From an uncultured Acetobacteraceae bacterium (GTDB taxonomy: Bacteria; Pseudomonadota; Alphaproteobacteria; Acetobacterales; Acetobacteraceae), in the NCBI GenBank assembly GCA_964252525.1, contig CAXUNZ010000005.1, positions 1-44,241 of the forward strand: a stretch of DNA of 44,241 nt, written 5' to 3'. Shown one piece after another: positions 1-10,061 of this stretch. The notes under the pieces are model-generated. The model had not been told where the DNA came from, ran no database searches, and saw nothing but the letters and a program-made list of their open reading frames with translations. The number at the start of each line of letters is the position of its first letter. Position 1 is the stretch's first letter. Position numbers and translations under genes: made by a program.

Positions 1-660
1 TGTTCGCTTATCTGCCTCAGAGCTCTGTATCGCAGGTTTTGAAAGGTGTTCTTAGACAAAGCGCAGCGAGTTCAGCCACTTGCATCTAGATTCCCTAGAA
101 CATCAAGCAGGGAAAATCGCTGATCGAGCAGGGAAAGGATCGTCCGCCGCAGTGTGGTTGATGGGATTTGTGGCGAGCGATTTAGAAGCAACTAAGGTGA
201 TATTATGGCGCTACGCCGCATCACATAGGTCTGTGATCGGCGATCACATAGCTACGTGAGTTGGAGCCAGATGGCCCCTTCGCTCGGGTTCAACGTCGTA
301 GGAAGCCCTCGGCTGGTGGGCCCACGATGCTCCCGTGTTGAACGAGGGCCTGTGTAGATGGTCACGATGAGCTGAGGTGCCTTTTTGAGTCGAGTTGCGT
401 CAAAACGGGTAGCCGGTTGATGAGCGTGCCCGCTGCTTCGGCCGCGACCAGACCGTGTTCAACCCCTTGCATTACGCGCCGGTCCTGGCCCGAACCCGGC
501 GTACTCCCTGATGGCGCCCCTTCAAAGGACTGGGGACTGGTTTATGAGCTTTATTTGGAAGTGGGTGTCGCCTCAGGCTCCAACATGGTCAAGGGCGTGC
601 ACCTACCTTTACCGAACTCGACGCTGAGGGGCGAGGCTTACTACCAATCGGCGTCGCCCA

Positions 661-1446
661 CCCGGTCGGCTCTGGGCCTATGTACGCGATGATCGGCCCT
701 TTTGCGGCGATGCCCTCCAGCGGTCGCCTACTTCTACAGTCCCGATCGCACCAGTGCGCATCCTGCTGCACACCTGGCGGCCTTCATTGGTCTGCTCCAG
801 GGAGATGCCTATGCAGGATTTGAAAAACTATATGGCCAGCCCGCACTAAGCCCGGTCCCATTACGGAGGTGGCGTGTTGGGCGCACACACGCCGCGGATT
901 TTTCGACGACTGGGAGCGACACAAAATCCCCAACGGCCAAGCAGGCGCTGGATGGGATTGCCGCGATTATGCCATCGAAGCGCGTGCGGCCTTTGCTCCC
1001 ATTGCCGAGCGGGTAGAACGGCGCTACGAACTGGCCCCTCTGTTGGACGACTTTTTCGCCTGGTCCGGCGCCACGGTCGCAAAGCTATCGGCAAAGCCAA
1101 CCTGGCCGAGGCGTTCCGCTACGCGCTCAATCGGCGTGAAGCATTGTCGAAGTTTGTCACCGACGGACGGTTGGAGATCGACAACAACATCGCCGAGAAC
1201 GCCATGCACTGCATTGCCGTGGGCCGGAAGAATTACCTGTTCGCGGGGTCCGATTCAGGCGGAGAAAAAGCCGCTTCCATCTACACCATCGTACGCACCG
1301 CAAAGCTCAACGGCGTCAATCCCGAAATCTACCTGCGCGATGTACTTGCTAAAGTTGCCAGCGGGCATCCGATCAACCGTATCGATGAATTGCGGCTATG
1401 GGCGCGGCCGATGCCTGACACTTCAACAGTTTTTTCTAGGCTTTAA
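661..1446 (+). pseudogene. tnpC: IS66-family transposase TnpC, frameshifted 3' remnant
   Basis: Motifs spread over several frames: GRLWAYVRDDRPF, AYFYSPDR, LLQGDAYAGF, ACWAHTRR, DGRLEIDNNIAEN..IAVGRKNYLFAGSD.GG, TAKLNGVNP..YLRDVL, INRIDEL. Confidence 0.9.
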
Positions 1447-1463
1447 TGATACAAAGGTCAGAC

Positions 1464-1851
1464 TGTTGATTTCCATGCGGAACTGACCCGGCTTTTCCAT
1501 CGGGATTCGACCCGGGCTAATTTATGGTTTGCGGGTCATGTTGAGGTCAAGTTTCTCCCCTTCTCCTTCCGGCCTTTCGAGGCGGCGGCGCTGGCTTTGA
1601 AGCGGAAGCTGTCGTTGCCGGGCTCCACAATGTGGCAGTGATGCGTCAGGCGGTCGACCATGGCCGTTGTCATCTTGGCGTCGCCAAACAGGCCCGCGCA
1701 CTCGCTGAAGCTCAGATTGGTGTGATGGCGACCGGGGCCTTCTCGTACAGCTTGCTCAGCAGATGGAACAGCAGAGCGCCGCCGGAGGAACTGAACGGCA
1801 ATTACCCAGCTCATCGAGGACCACGAGGTCGCACCGCATCAGCCTGTCGGA
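1464..1851 (-). mobile_element. istB: IS21-family remnant: terminal repeat plus frameshifted istB 3' part (about 1536-1851)
   Basis: End TGTTGATTTCCATGCGGAACTGACCC at 1464 with a second subterminal repeat TTCCATCGGGATTCGACCC. Minus-strand peptides [16 protein letters not shown] and [29 protein letters not shown] are IstB motifs. Confidence 0.88.
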
Positions 1852-2219
1852 CATGCGGCCGACATTCAGGACCGCGATGGCGGTGTGCTGCTGATGAGCA
1901 CGCTCTTTGGGCTGTATCCGTTCCTGCTGAAGCTCTATGCCGATGGCGGCTACCAGGGACCGCAATTCCAGCAGGCCTTGAAGCGCGTCTGTCGCGGGAT
2001 CAACGTCGAAATCGTCAAGCGCTCTGATGCGGGCAAATTCGTGGTTCTGCCGAAGCGCTGGATTGTCGAGCGCACCATTGCCTGGCTCAACCGGTGCCGC
2101 AGACTGGCCAAAGAGTGGGAATGCCTCAACCGCAGCGCCCTTGCGTTCCTGACGTGAGCTTCCGTCCGGCTGATGGTGGGAAAGCTATGTCAGTTAGTAC
2201 CTTGATTTCGAACAGACTC
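1852..2219 (+). mobile_element. IS5-family (IS1031-like) element, 5'-truncated
   Basis: [46 protein letters not shown]; right end ...TTCGAACAGACTC followed by TTA; near-identical to 13713-14078. Confidence 0.9.
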
Positions 2220-2658
2220 TTAGAAATGATGGGGTTCTGGGGGGAATGGCTAGTCACCGGGTACGGCGGGTGGCAATCCCAAAGGCGACGAGATGAAGCG
2301 CGAGCAGAACGCAAAGGCCACCAGGTACGACCTGTTCAGCAGGACGGCCCCATGTGAAACTGTAAGAGGTATCCTCTCCCCAAGCGTTTACTTTTTTTTG
2401 CGTCGAACCAACGACCCTCCGGTGTCTGGCTGTCCTTCGCCACCCTTGACTATGCGTGCAGCGCCGGTTACATACTTGTGAAAGAGCGATGGCCCACATC
2501 AGGCTGTCTATCAGCGTCGAAGCACTTCCCTGTTGGGCGTGTATGCCAATATGGCTGTTCTAGATACAGCGCCCAGCAAGGATAACCGCTGATCCTAAAG
2601 AAAATGCCGTGCACTCCGTGGGTCCAGTTAAATTAAGAAAGAGATTAGATCACCAGAA

Positions 2659-3480
2659 ATGGCTCCTGCTACCAAGTCATTAAACGCCGCTGGCGCAAGC
2701 GTGAAGTCCGCGGCACGCGTTTTGTCAATTTTTGAGTATTTTGAGAAAACGCGGGTGTCACGCACGCTCTCCGAGATATCGCAAGATCTGAATTACCCGG
2801 TTTCAAGCACGCTTGCGTTACTGCGCAGCGTGCAAGCAATGGGCTATCTCAATTACGACCACGGAGCAAAGTCTTACTCGCCTAGTATACGCTTTGCATT
2901 ACTGGGGCAGTGGATACATGATCGCCTGTTCGAGCGCGGACCCATCAAGCACATGATGGAACATATCTCCACATTGACGCGCGAAACGGTCCTGCTCGGC
3001 ATCCAAAATGGCTTTCACTCTCAACATATTCATATCATCGAGACGTCCCAGCCGCTAAGATATCACCCTTTAGTCGGGACGTTAAGGCCGCTGCTGCGTT
3101 CGTCAGTGGGCCGTGTGCTCCTCTCCCGCCAGCCGCGGGCGACAGTGCTGAAGATCATCGAACGTATCAGCGCGCTGCACATCGATGAGGGTCGCATCTT
3201 CAATCCATCCGACGTGTTTAGCGATTTGGAGCTGGTGAGGAAGCAAGGATTTGCGTTTTCAGCAAACCTGTTCGAGCCGGGCGCCGCAATCGTGACCGTT
3301 GCGCTACCCGCAGGAGTCGGCGACATCCCGATGGCGATTTCAGTCGGCGGCCCGGCTAACCGCGTCACTGAAGAAAACGTGCATGCCCTTGTTGACCAGA
3401 TCAACGGCGCCATCGGGGAATTCTTTCCTGACGGTGGCCACGGGGCGCAGCAAAGCGAGAAGGCTGCGGTCGAGCGCTGA
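2659..3480 (+). CDS. IclR-family transcriptional regulator
   Basis: N-terminal HTH SVKSAARVLSIFEYF..TLSEISQDLNYPVSST..LL, then IclR effector domain (ETVLLG, G..RPL.RSSVGRVLLS, AISVGGP..R); 273 aa. Confidence 0.93.
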   Translation: MAPATKSLNAAGASVKSAARVLSIFEYFEKTRVSRTLSEISQDLNYPVSSTLALLRSVQAMGYLNYDHGAKSYSPSIRFALLGQWIHDRLFERGPIKHMMEHISTLTRETVLLGIQNGFHSQHIHIIETSQPLRYHPLVGTLRPLLRSSVGRVLLSRQPRATVLKIIERISALHIDEGRIFNPSDVFSDLELVRKQGFAFSANLFEPGAAIVTVALPAGVGDIPMAISVGGPANRVTEENVHALVDQINGAIGEFFPDGGHGAQQSEKAAVER

Positions 3481-3531
3481 CTGACCCCGCAACGTGGATG
3501 CGGGCCTCCGTAACGCTTGCCGCGGGAGTTA

Positions 3532-3604
3532 CTTTCCACATGTATGGAAAGCGTTTTCATGTGGGAGAAGCTACATTGACGAGGTTCATGTCCGTGGGTA
3601 GGGT
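3532..3604 (+). promoter_or_regulatory. Tandem operator-like palindromes plus putative sigma70 promoter for the ThDP/ACAD operon
   Basis: CTTTCCA-CATGTA-TGGAAAG (3532-3551); second site TTTCATGTGGGAGAAG (3555-3570); TTGACG (3576) + 17 bp + TAGGGT (3599). Confidence 0.6.
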
Positions 3605-3680
3605 GGATTGTGGCCGGAACTCATACCTCAGGCATTAAGGCCTATGAACTGTGGCACCGCCAGTGATGCAGGAGAAGATA

Positions 3681-5405
3681 ATGCTGCAGTCAGCACCCCC
3701 GGACAGCAACTCGGCCGCGGAGCGGACGGGCGGGCAGCTGCTCGTTGATTGTCTCCTCGCGCATGGCGTGGATACCGTCTTTTGTGTTCCAGGCGAGAGC
3801 TTCCTTTCGGTTCTGGATGCGCTCTACGACGTGCGGGACCGCGTACAAGTCATCGTCGGGCGACATGAGGCAAGCGTTGCCAACATGGCCGAGGCTTACG
3901 GCAAATTGACGGGTAAACCCGGCATTTGCTTTGTGACCCGGGGGCCCGGCGCTACACATGCATCGATTGCGCTGCATACGGCAGCACAAGACTCAACCCC
4001 GCTAATCCTGTTTGTCGGGCAGGTTACCCGCAATCAGCTTGGCCGCGAGGCCTTCCAGGAAATGAATTATCGTGACCTATTCGGCAAGGTCACGAAATGG
4101 GTGGCCGAGGTCACCGACCCGCAACGTTTGCCCGAACTTATCGGACGGGCGTTCCATACCTCTGTGAATGGACGCGCGGGCCCCGTCGTCGTCTCGATCC
4201 CAGAGGATATGCAAGACGAGATGTGCACCGCTCCCACACCCGCGCGTTACATGCGTGCCTCATCCGCCCCGAGCGTCACAGCACTCGCAGAGCTGCGGGA
4301 CTTACTTGACCGTTCGGAACGCCCCCTTATCATACTCGGTGGCAGCGGTTGGTCGCCAGAAAGCGTGACCGACATCCAACGCTTTGCTGAGACCTTCGCC
4401 CTGCCGGTCGCAGCCGGATTCCGCCGTCAGGACCTGTTCGACAACAAGCATCCCCACTATGCCGGCGTGCTTGGATTAGGCACCAATCCCAAACTGGTCG
4501 ACATGGTCGGCCGCTCGGACCTTTTGCTGGTCGTCGGTGAACGCCTCGGCGACATGACCACCGGCGGGTACACGCTGGTCGAGTTTCCAAGGTCCCGCCA
4601 GCGTCTCATCCACGTCCATGCCGGCGCCGAAGAACTCGGCTTGCTGTATGAGGCAGACCTGCTGATCAATGCGACCGCGTGCGACTTCGCTCAGGCTGTC
4701 GCCGCGCTCCGCCCGCTTAGAACGGTTAAGCGCTCGGCTTGGATCGCAGAGGGCCACGCAAACTACGAAAGCTTTTCCGTGCCGCCGGCCAAGGGGCAGC
4801 CGCGGATTAACGTTGCGGAAATTATTCATTACCTGAGCGACAAGCTTCCTGCCAACGCCATCATCACCAACGGTGCCGGCCTCTACACGGCCTACGTTCA
4901 TCGCTATTACCAATTCCGCAGTTATGGGACCCAGCTTGCCCCAACCAGCGGAGCAATGGGTTACGGATTGCCCGCGGCGCTTGCCGCCAAAATTGTCCAT
5001 CCCGATCGTCCCGTAATCTGCTTTGCCGGGGACGGGTGTTTTCTGATGGCCTCGCAAGAACTGGCGACAGCCGTCAGGCATCAGGTTGCCATAATTATCG
5101 TGGTTATCGACAATGCCAGTTATGGTTCTATCAGAGCCCACCAGGAACGGTATTATCCTGGGCGCGTGGTTGCGACAGATCTTGTGGGTCCGGATCTTGT
5201 GGCATTCGCCAAATCGTACGGAATCTACGCCGAGAAGATCGAGGCGACTGAGGATTTTGCCGGCGCCTTCGACCGTGCGGCTGCCTCGGGCCTGCCCGCG
5301 CTGCTAACCTTCAAGCAGGACGTGACCGAAGCCATAGCGAGCCTGATCGGCAAGCCGCAATCCGCGCCGGTGCCGGCGGCACACGATCGCCATTTGGTGG
5401 ATTGA
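3681..5405 (+). CDS. ThDP-binding protein, acetolactate synthase large subunit-like
   Basis: RTGGQLL..FCVPGESFL, catalytic RHE, FVTRGPG, AFQE, GAMGYG, ThDP motif GDGCFLM..DN. Start moved to ATG 3681 behind AGGAG. Confidence 0.9.
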   Translation: MLQSAPPDSNSAAERTGGQLLVDCLLAHGVDTVFCVPGESFLSVLDALYDVRDRVQVIVGRHEASVANMAEAYGKLTGKPGICFVTRGPGATHASIALHTAAQDSTPLILFVGQVTRNQLGREAFQEMNYRDLFGKVTKWVAEVTDPQRLPELIGRAFHTSVNGRAGPVVVSIPEDMQDEMCTAPTPARYMRASSAPSVTALAELRDLLDRSERPLIILGGSGWSPESVTDIQRFAETFALPVAAGFRRQDLFDNKHPHYAGVLGLGTNPKLVDMVGRSDLLLVVGERLGDMTTGGYTLVEFPRSRQRLIHVHAGAEELGLLYEADLLINATACDFAQAVAALRPLRTVKRSAWIAEGHANYESFSVPPAKGQPRINVAEIIHYLSDKLPANAIITNGAGLYTAYVHRYYQFRSYGTQLAPTSGAMGYGLPAALAAKIVHPDRPVICFAGDGCFLMASQELATAVRHQVAIIIVVIDNASYGSIRAHQERYYPGRVVATDLVGPDLVAFAKSYGIYAEKIEATEDFAGAFDRAAASGLPALLTFKQDVTEAIASLIGKPQSAPVPAAHDRHLVD

Positions 5406-5516
5406 GGCGCTTGCCCGCCATTTACCAAAGCCGACTTTTCGGCGGCGATTTGATTGCGGAGCTTTGAAAGAAATACGCTGCGGGACGGTTAGGCCCAAGC
5501 AGTGCAGGGAGGGATT

Positions 5517-6659
5517 ATGAACATCAACCTGGCTCTGAAGGATCCGGCGTGGGCGGAACGCGCCGTGCGATCGATCCAGGAGATCGCCTCGGACCATCGC
5601 GAGGAGGTTGCGGCGTGCCATCGCGACGCAAGATTTCCAAAGGACGCCTTCGAGGAGATGGGGCGGCGTGGACTGCTTGGGGTCATTACGCCAGCGGAGT
5701 TCGGGGGTTATGGTGGGGACGCGCCTGAGTATTGTCTAACCACCGAAGCGATGGCGCGTTACAACCTGGTTTCGTCGCAAATTCAGATACAGGGGCAGCG
5801 CTGGCTGGTGGACTGGGGCACGCCCGGTCAGAAGGAGCGCTACCTTCCTGGTCTTGTGGCCGGAACAATCATTTTTTCCGAATCAATCTCCGAGCGGGGG
5901 GCCGCATCGTCGTTGAAGCAGCTAAAGGCGAGCGCGCGGCGCTCGGCTGGCGACTGGATTATAAACGGCGACAAGATACACATCAATTTGGGAAAGGAAT
6001 CCGACGTTACCTTGGTCTATGCAATGGCAGAGCAAGGTCTGACCGCATTCCTGTTGGACACGCATCTGCCCGGCGTCAGCAGGGAGCACAGCAACCCGAT
6101 CGGAGGGCGCCTGCTGCCGACGGCCGACATGTATTTCGACAATGTCCGCGTTCCCGATGCCGCTGTCCTCGGCGCGCCGGGTCAGGGACTTGCGACGTTC
6201 CTGAGTACGTTCAACGTCAGTCGGCTTGGCAACGCCTCCGAACTCCTGGGCGCGGCGCAGCGTGGATTGAGTGATGCGCTCGATTACGCGCGCCAGCGGG
6301 AGGTGGGCGGCAGCTTCGTCACGGACTTCCAAGGGCTGCAATGGCAGATAGCGGACGGCTACGCACTGCTGTACTCGGCATCGCTGGTGCGCGATAGGGC
6401 AGCCAACCTCGTGGCTGAAGGCAAGGAACACGCCTTCGAGGCGAGCCTAGCCAAGAAATTAGCCATCGATGCAGCGGAAAAGGTCATCAACGACGTTTTT
6501 TCCCTAGTCGGAGGGCACGGCCTATACCACGTCCAACCGTTTGGCCAATTGCTGTTCGACATAAAGACGCTGCGCGTGGGCGGTGGATCGATGGAGATTT
6601 TGCGCAACTACATGGCCCAGCAGATACTGAAGAGCGGCAGCTTTAGGGGTTTGAAATGA
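5517..6659 (+). CDS. Acyl-CoA dehydrogenase-fold flavoprotein (canonical catalytic Glu absent)
   Basis: GLLGV..P.EFGG, GT..QKERYLP, ISE..A.S, W.ING.K, FDNVRVP, YARQRE..G...DFQGLQW.IAD. Start ATG 5517 after GGAGGG. Confidence 0.9.
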   Translation: MNINLALKDPAWAERAVRSIQEIASDHREEVAACHRDARFPKDAFEEMGRRGLLGVITPAEFGGYGGDAPEYCLTTEAMARYNLVSSQIQIQGQRWLVDWGTPGQKERYLPGLVAGTIIFSESISERGAASSLKQLKASARRSAGDWIINGDKIHINLGKESDVTLVYAMAEQGLTAFLLDTHLPGVSREHSNPIGGRLLPTADMYFDNVRVPDAAVLGAPGQGLATFLSTFNVSRLGNASELLGAAQRGLSDALDYARQREVGGSFVTDFQGLQWQIADGYALLYSASLVRDRAANLVAEGKEHAFEASLAKKLAIDAAEKVINDVFSLVGGHGLYHVQPFGQLLFDIKTLRVGGGSMEILRNYMAQQILKSGSFRGLK

Positions 6660-8140
6660 ATAACGTCGCAGGGCTTATCCGTGATGCCGCCCGTTCCAAT
6701 CCTGCTGCAGCCCTTGGAACCTTCCAGCAATACGACTCTCTCGAGCAAGCCGTGGCGCGGGCTCGCGAGGCCGCCGATCGCCTGCGAGCTGCTGGTTTGG
6801 CGCGGGGAGACATTGTTGCCATCATCGGCAGCAATTGCGCATCCTATCTGATTACATGGATGGGCGCACAGATTGCCGGCCTGCAAACCGCGCTGATCAA
6901 TCCTACCTATCCGGATGAATTCCTGGCCGGTATGCTGGATGATCTAAGGCCGCAGGCGATAGTCTGGCTCCTCAGGCGTCCCGGCCTGCTTGCCGATCGC
7001 GAAATTATCCAGATCGACGCAACCTTTGCCTGGGACGGCCGGATCGTCCTGATGCAGCAAACAGGGCGCGTTTCCGCCGGGACCGGTGTAGGCGAAGACT
7101 GCTCCATGGACGAAATCGCCGCTTACATCCACACGTCCGGCACGACGGGAAACCCCAAATTCTGCGCGCTGAGCCACGGCTACTTCGCACGGCTGGGGCG
7201 GTATTTCGCAGACACCATGTCCCTGTCCCGCCACGACGTGGTGATCAATCCCCTGCCGCTGTTTCACATCAATCCAATCGGTAACGGCCTCGTTGGCTCG
7301 CTCACGGCAAGCGCGGGATTTCTTTCGACCGAGAGGTTCTCGACTGCGGACTTCTGGCCGATGGTCAAACTGCATGGCGCAACCGCACTGATCCTGCACG
7401 GCGCACCAGCCGGAATGCTGAAGGCCAGGACAACGCGCGAAGATGCACGTGGCCACAAAGTCAAGATCGGGTTCTTTTGTGATCCCGCCTTCCTGGAGCA
7501 ATTCGACGTGCCGATCGGCATTGGCGGCTACGGTTCGACCGAGGCGGGGGGCTATTGCCACAGCTGGAAATTTCGGCCGAAAGATCAGGATTTACCAGCC
7601 GAAGGCGCCACCCACCTTTCCGGGCAGCCCAGGTTCGATATGGAGTGCAGCCTTGCCGAGGACGGGGAAATCCTCGTGCGAGGCAAGGAGGCTTGTGTGC
7701 TGTTCTCGGGATACATGAAGGGTGGGAGCATCGATCCGCACCTTGATGGGAGCGGCTGGTTCCACACTGGAGACCGGGGCCGGTTTGACGAATATGGTCG
7801 CCTGGTATTTATCGAAAGGACAAGCGAGTCCATACGGGTCAACGGCGAGTACGTGCCAATCGATTTTCTCGAGGATCGTCTCAAGCGCGCCAGATCTTTG
7901 GGCGATTTCGCACTTTGGCGGGAGGATTCGCCGGCTCGCGGGCACGAAGCAGTCATCTACACGACGTCTGAAACTGCGGACGGCGACGAGCTGCGGAGCC
8001 TGGTTGCGGATCTGCCGAGATACATGCATCCCGCCAAGCTCATCCGCATTGCGGCGATCCCACGCGATGCCGGGGTCGGCAAGGTGCAGCGCCGGCTGCT
8101 TTCGGCGCAACCAGCACTGGACGTAAGGCTGCTACGATGA
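6656..8140 (+). CDS. AMP-forming acyl-CoA ligase (CaiC-like ANL adenylation enzyme)
   Basis: HTSGTTGNPK, PLPLFH, GYGSTE, GEILVRG, GWFHTGD, C-terminal GKVQR; ATGA overlap with the upstream gene. Confidence 0.9.
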   Translation: MNNVAGLIRDAARSNPAAALGTFQQYDSLEQAVARAREAADRLRAAGLARGDIVAIIGSNCASYLITWMGAQIAGLQTALINPTYPDEFLAGMLDDLRPQAIVWLLRRPGLLADREIIQIDATFAWDGRIVLMQQTGRVSAGTGVGEDCSMDEIAAYIHTSGTTGNPKFCALSHGYFARLGRYFADTMSLSRHDVVINPLPLFHINPIGNGLVGSLTASAGFLSTERFSTADFWPMVKLHGATALILHGAPAGMLKARTTREDARGHKVKIGFFCDPAFLEQFDVPIGIGGYGSTEAGGYCHSWKFRPKDQDLPAEGATHLSGQPRFDMECSLAEDGEILVRGKEACVLFSGYMKGGSIDPHLDGSGWFHTGDRGRFDEYGRLVFIERTSESIRVNGEYVPIDFLEDRLKRARSLGDFALWREDSPARGHEAVIYTTSETADGDELRSLVADLPRYMHPAKLIRIAAIPRDAGVGKVQRRLLSAQPALDVRLLR

Positions 8141-8901
8141 GCGAAGTTTACCTTGACCGAAGCGGGTACGTGGCTATCGTCGAAATCCGCCGCGGCCCGG
8201 ATAATTTCATAGACGAGCGCTCGCTTGGCGAGCTCGCAAGCGCCTTCGAGGCGTGCGATTCGGAACCCGAGATCCGGTGCATCGTGTTATGCAGCGAGGG
8301 CAAGAATTTTTGCGCCGGCGTCAATTTCGCCAGCACGGCTGGCGATCCGACCAGCGAGATAAGCGGTGCAGCCATCTACCGTCAGGCGTTACGGCTGTTC
8401 CGTTGCGTCACGCCCGTTGTGGCCGTGATACAGGGGGCGGCCGTCGGCGCGGGATTGGGCCTCTCGCTGGTGGCCGATTTCCGACTCGGTTCGCCACAAA
8501 CGCGGTTTACCGCCAATTTCAACAGGCTTGGGATCCATCCCGGTTTCGGACTGTCGGTGACATTGCCCAGGATTGTCGGTGCACAGCATGCCGCCATGCT
8601 GTTTTACTCAGGCCGCAGGGTTGGCGGAGAGGAGGCCTATGCAATCGGACTGCTCGACCAATTGGCGCCGCACTCCGAGTTGCGCGCCGCCGCTCTTGCT
8701 TTGGCTGTAGAGATCGCCCAGTCTGCGCCGATAGCGGTTGTCTCCACCCGTCGCACGTTGCGCCGTGGTCTGGCTGACAGCGTCTCCGCGGCGCTTGACC
8801 GTGAACTGGCCGAACAGGAGGCGCATTTCCGTACGGAGGATTTCAAGGAAGGCGTTAAGGCAATGAAGGAGCGGCGCGCACCGGTGTTTGCGAGTCGTTG
8901 A
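8137..8901 (+). CDS. Enoyl-CoA hydratase/isomerase (crotonase) family protein, non-canonical active site
   Basis: NFCAGVNF, P.VAVIQGAAVGAG, RLGIHPGFG, TEDFKEGV.A..ERR.P.F; ATGA overlap. Confidence 0.92.
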   Translation: MSEVYLDRSGYVAIVEIRRGPDNFIDERSLGELASAFEACDSEPEIRCIVLCSEGKNFCAGVNFASTAGDPTSEISGAAIYRQALRLFRCVTPVVAVIQGAAVGAGLGLSLVADFRLGSPQTRFTANFNRLGIHPGFGLSVTLPRIVGAQHAAMLFYSGRRVGGEEAYAIGLLDQLAPHSELRAAALALAVEIAQSAPIAVVSTRRTLRRGLADSVSAALDRELAEQEAHFRTEDFKEGVKAMKERRAPVFASR

Positions 8902-8913
8902 GTGTTTCATGAA

Positions 8914-9012
8914 GACTGGAGGAGCAGTGCCTGTCCCCCAAAACCCCCATCCTCGGTTAGGTGGAGCCGAGTAATAGACGGGAAGTTTGGAGGAGATGGC
9001 ACAACTCCCCAA
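8914..9012. repeat. Inverted pair of REP-like hairpin units between convergent genes
   Basis: GACTGGAGGAGCAGTGCCTGTCCCCCAAAACCCCCATC (8914-8951) and the oppositely oriented GGGAAGTTTGGAGGAGATGGCACAACTCCCCAA (about 8980-9012); related copies at 27591 and 40641. Confidence 0.55.
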
Positions 9013-9041
9013 CCATCCCTCAATCAAACGCACATTTTGTA

Positions 9042-10007
9042 CTACCGCGCGCTGGCTTCCGAGAGCGCATTCTTCTGGCGCTCATCAAGCCTCAGCCGCG
9101 CGAAATTCTTGATTTCTTCGAATTGTTCGACGCTGGTGACAGCGGCGATCGGGGCAGTCACCCCAGCCTGCGCCGTCAACCACGCCAGAGCGATTTCAGC
9201 CGGCGCCGCACCTTGCTCCAGCGCCACATCTTGCAGGACCGCAAGGATGCGGGCGCCACGATCGTTCAGATACCGCCGCATGACCAATTCGGTAAGGTCC
9301 GGCCCCCAAAGATCGACTGGTATATCCGCTTCGCTCCGATACTTGCCGGTCAGGTAACCCTTGGCCAGTGTGCTGTAGCAAAGTACACCGACATCGTTGC
9401 TTATGCAGGCGGCCTGCACGGCACCTTCATATTCAAAGCGGTCGCAAAGATTATAGCGTGGCTGAAACGTCTCGTAGCGTGCAAGGCCTCCGGACTGGCT
9501 GGCGTCCAGCGCAGTGCCGAGACGCCCCGGATCGTAATGCGAGGCGCCGATCGTCCGTACCTTGCCCAACCTCACCAACTCGTCCAAAGCGCCCAGCGTT
9601 TCCTCCAGCGGCACATCAGGGTCGTCGTGATGTGCCTGGTAGAGATCGATGTAATCGGTTTGCAGACGGGCCAGTGAGCCGTCGACCGATTTCTTAATGT
9701 GCGCTGCCGACAGGCCCTTGCCCACGTTCGGCATCGAGGCCCCGAATTTTGTTGCAAGCACGACGCTATGCCGTGCGCCGCGAGACTTCAGCCATTGACC
9801 GATGATCATCTCCGATTCGCCGCCAACATGGTCCGGCACCCAGCAGGAGTAGACGTCAGCAGTGTCGATGGCATCAAAGCCTGCCGAAATGAATGCATCC
9901 AGAATTTTAAACGATGTTCTGGTATCGGCGGTCCACCCAAAGACATTCCCGCCGAGGACAAGAGGCGCAATAGTGATGTCGGAGCGGCCCAATTTTCGCT
10001 TGTCCAC
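9042..10007 (-). CDS. Aldo/keto reductase (paralogue 1)
   Basis: RKLGRS..LVLGGNVFGW, IDTADVY, ATK, SLARLQTDYIDLYQAH, IGAS, QPRYNL; the D/Y/K/H tetrad is present. Confidence 0.93.
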   Translation of the reverse strand: MDKRKLGRSDITIAPLVLGGNVFGWTADTRTSFKILDAFISAGFDAIDTADVYSCWVPDHVGGESEMIIGQWLKSRGARHSVVLATKFGASMPNVGKGLSAAHIKKSVDGSLARLQTDYIDLYQAHHDDPDVPLEETLGALDELVRLGKVRTIGASHYDPGRLGTALDASQSGGLARYETFQPRYNLCDRFEYEGAVQAACISNDVGVLCYSTLAKGYLTGKYRSEADIPVDLWGPDLTELVMRRYLNDRGARILAVLQDVALEQGAAPAEIALAWLTAQAGVTAPIAAVTSVEQFEEIKNFARLRLDERQKNALSEASAR

Positions 10008-10061
10008 AGCGCCGACCCCCAGCCCGGTCCTATGCTGTCTTTCTAGCTGGCTACGCGGCCG

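Noticed and set aside
106-136. AGCAGGGAAA direct repeat (2 copies)
   Set aside because: Only two short copies; insufficient to call iterons or att arm sites.
417-692. 91-aa ORF before the IS66 remnant
   Set aside because: No recognisable motif or RBS; runs into transposase debris.
2254-2499. Small ORFs between IS5 and iclR
   Set aside because: No supportable homology; possibly mobile-element debris.
3681-5405. Calling the ThDP genes ilvB/ilvI
   Set aside because: No small subunit or ilvC, and the context is catabolic; the fold is supported but the biosynthetic function is not.
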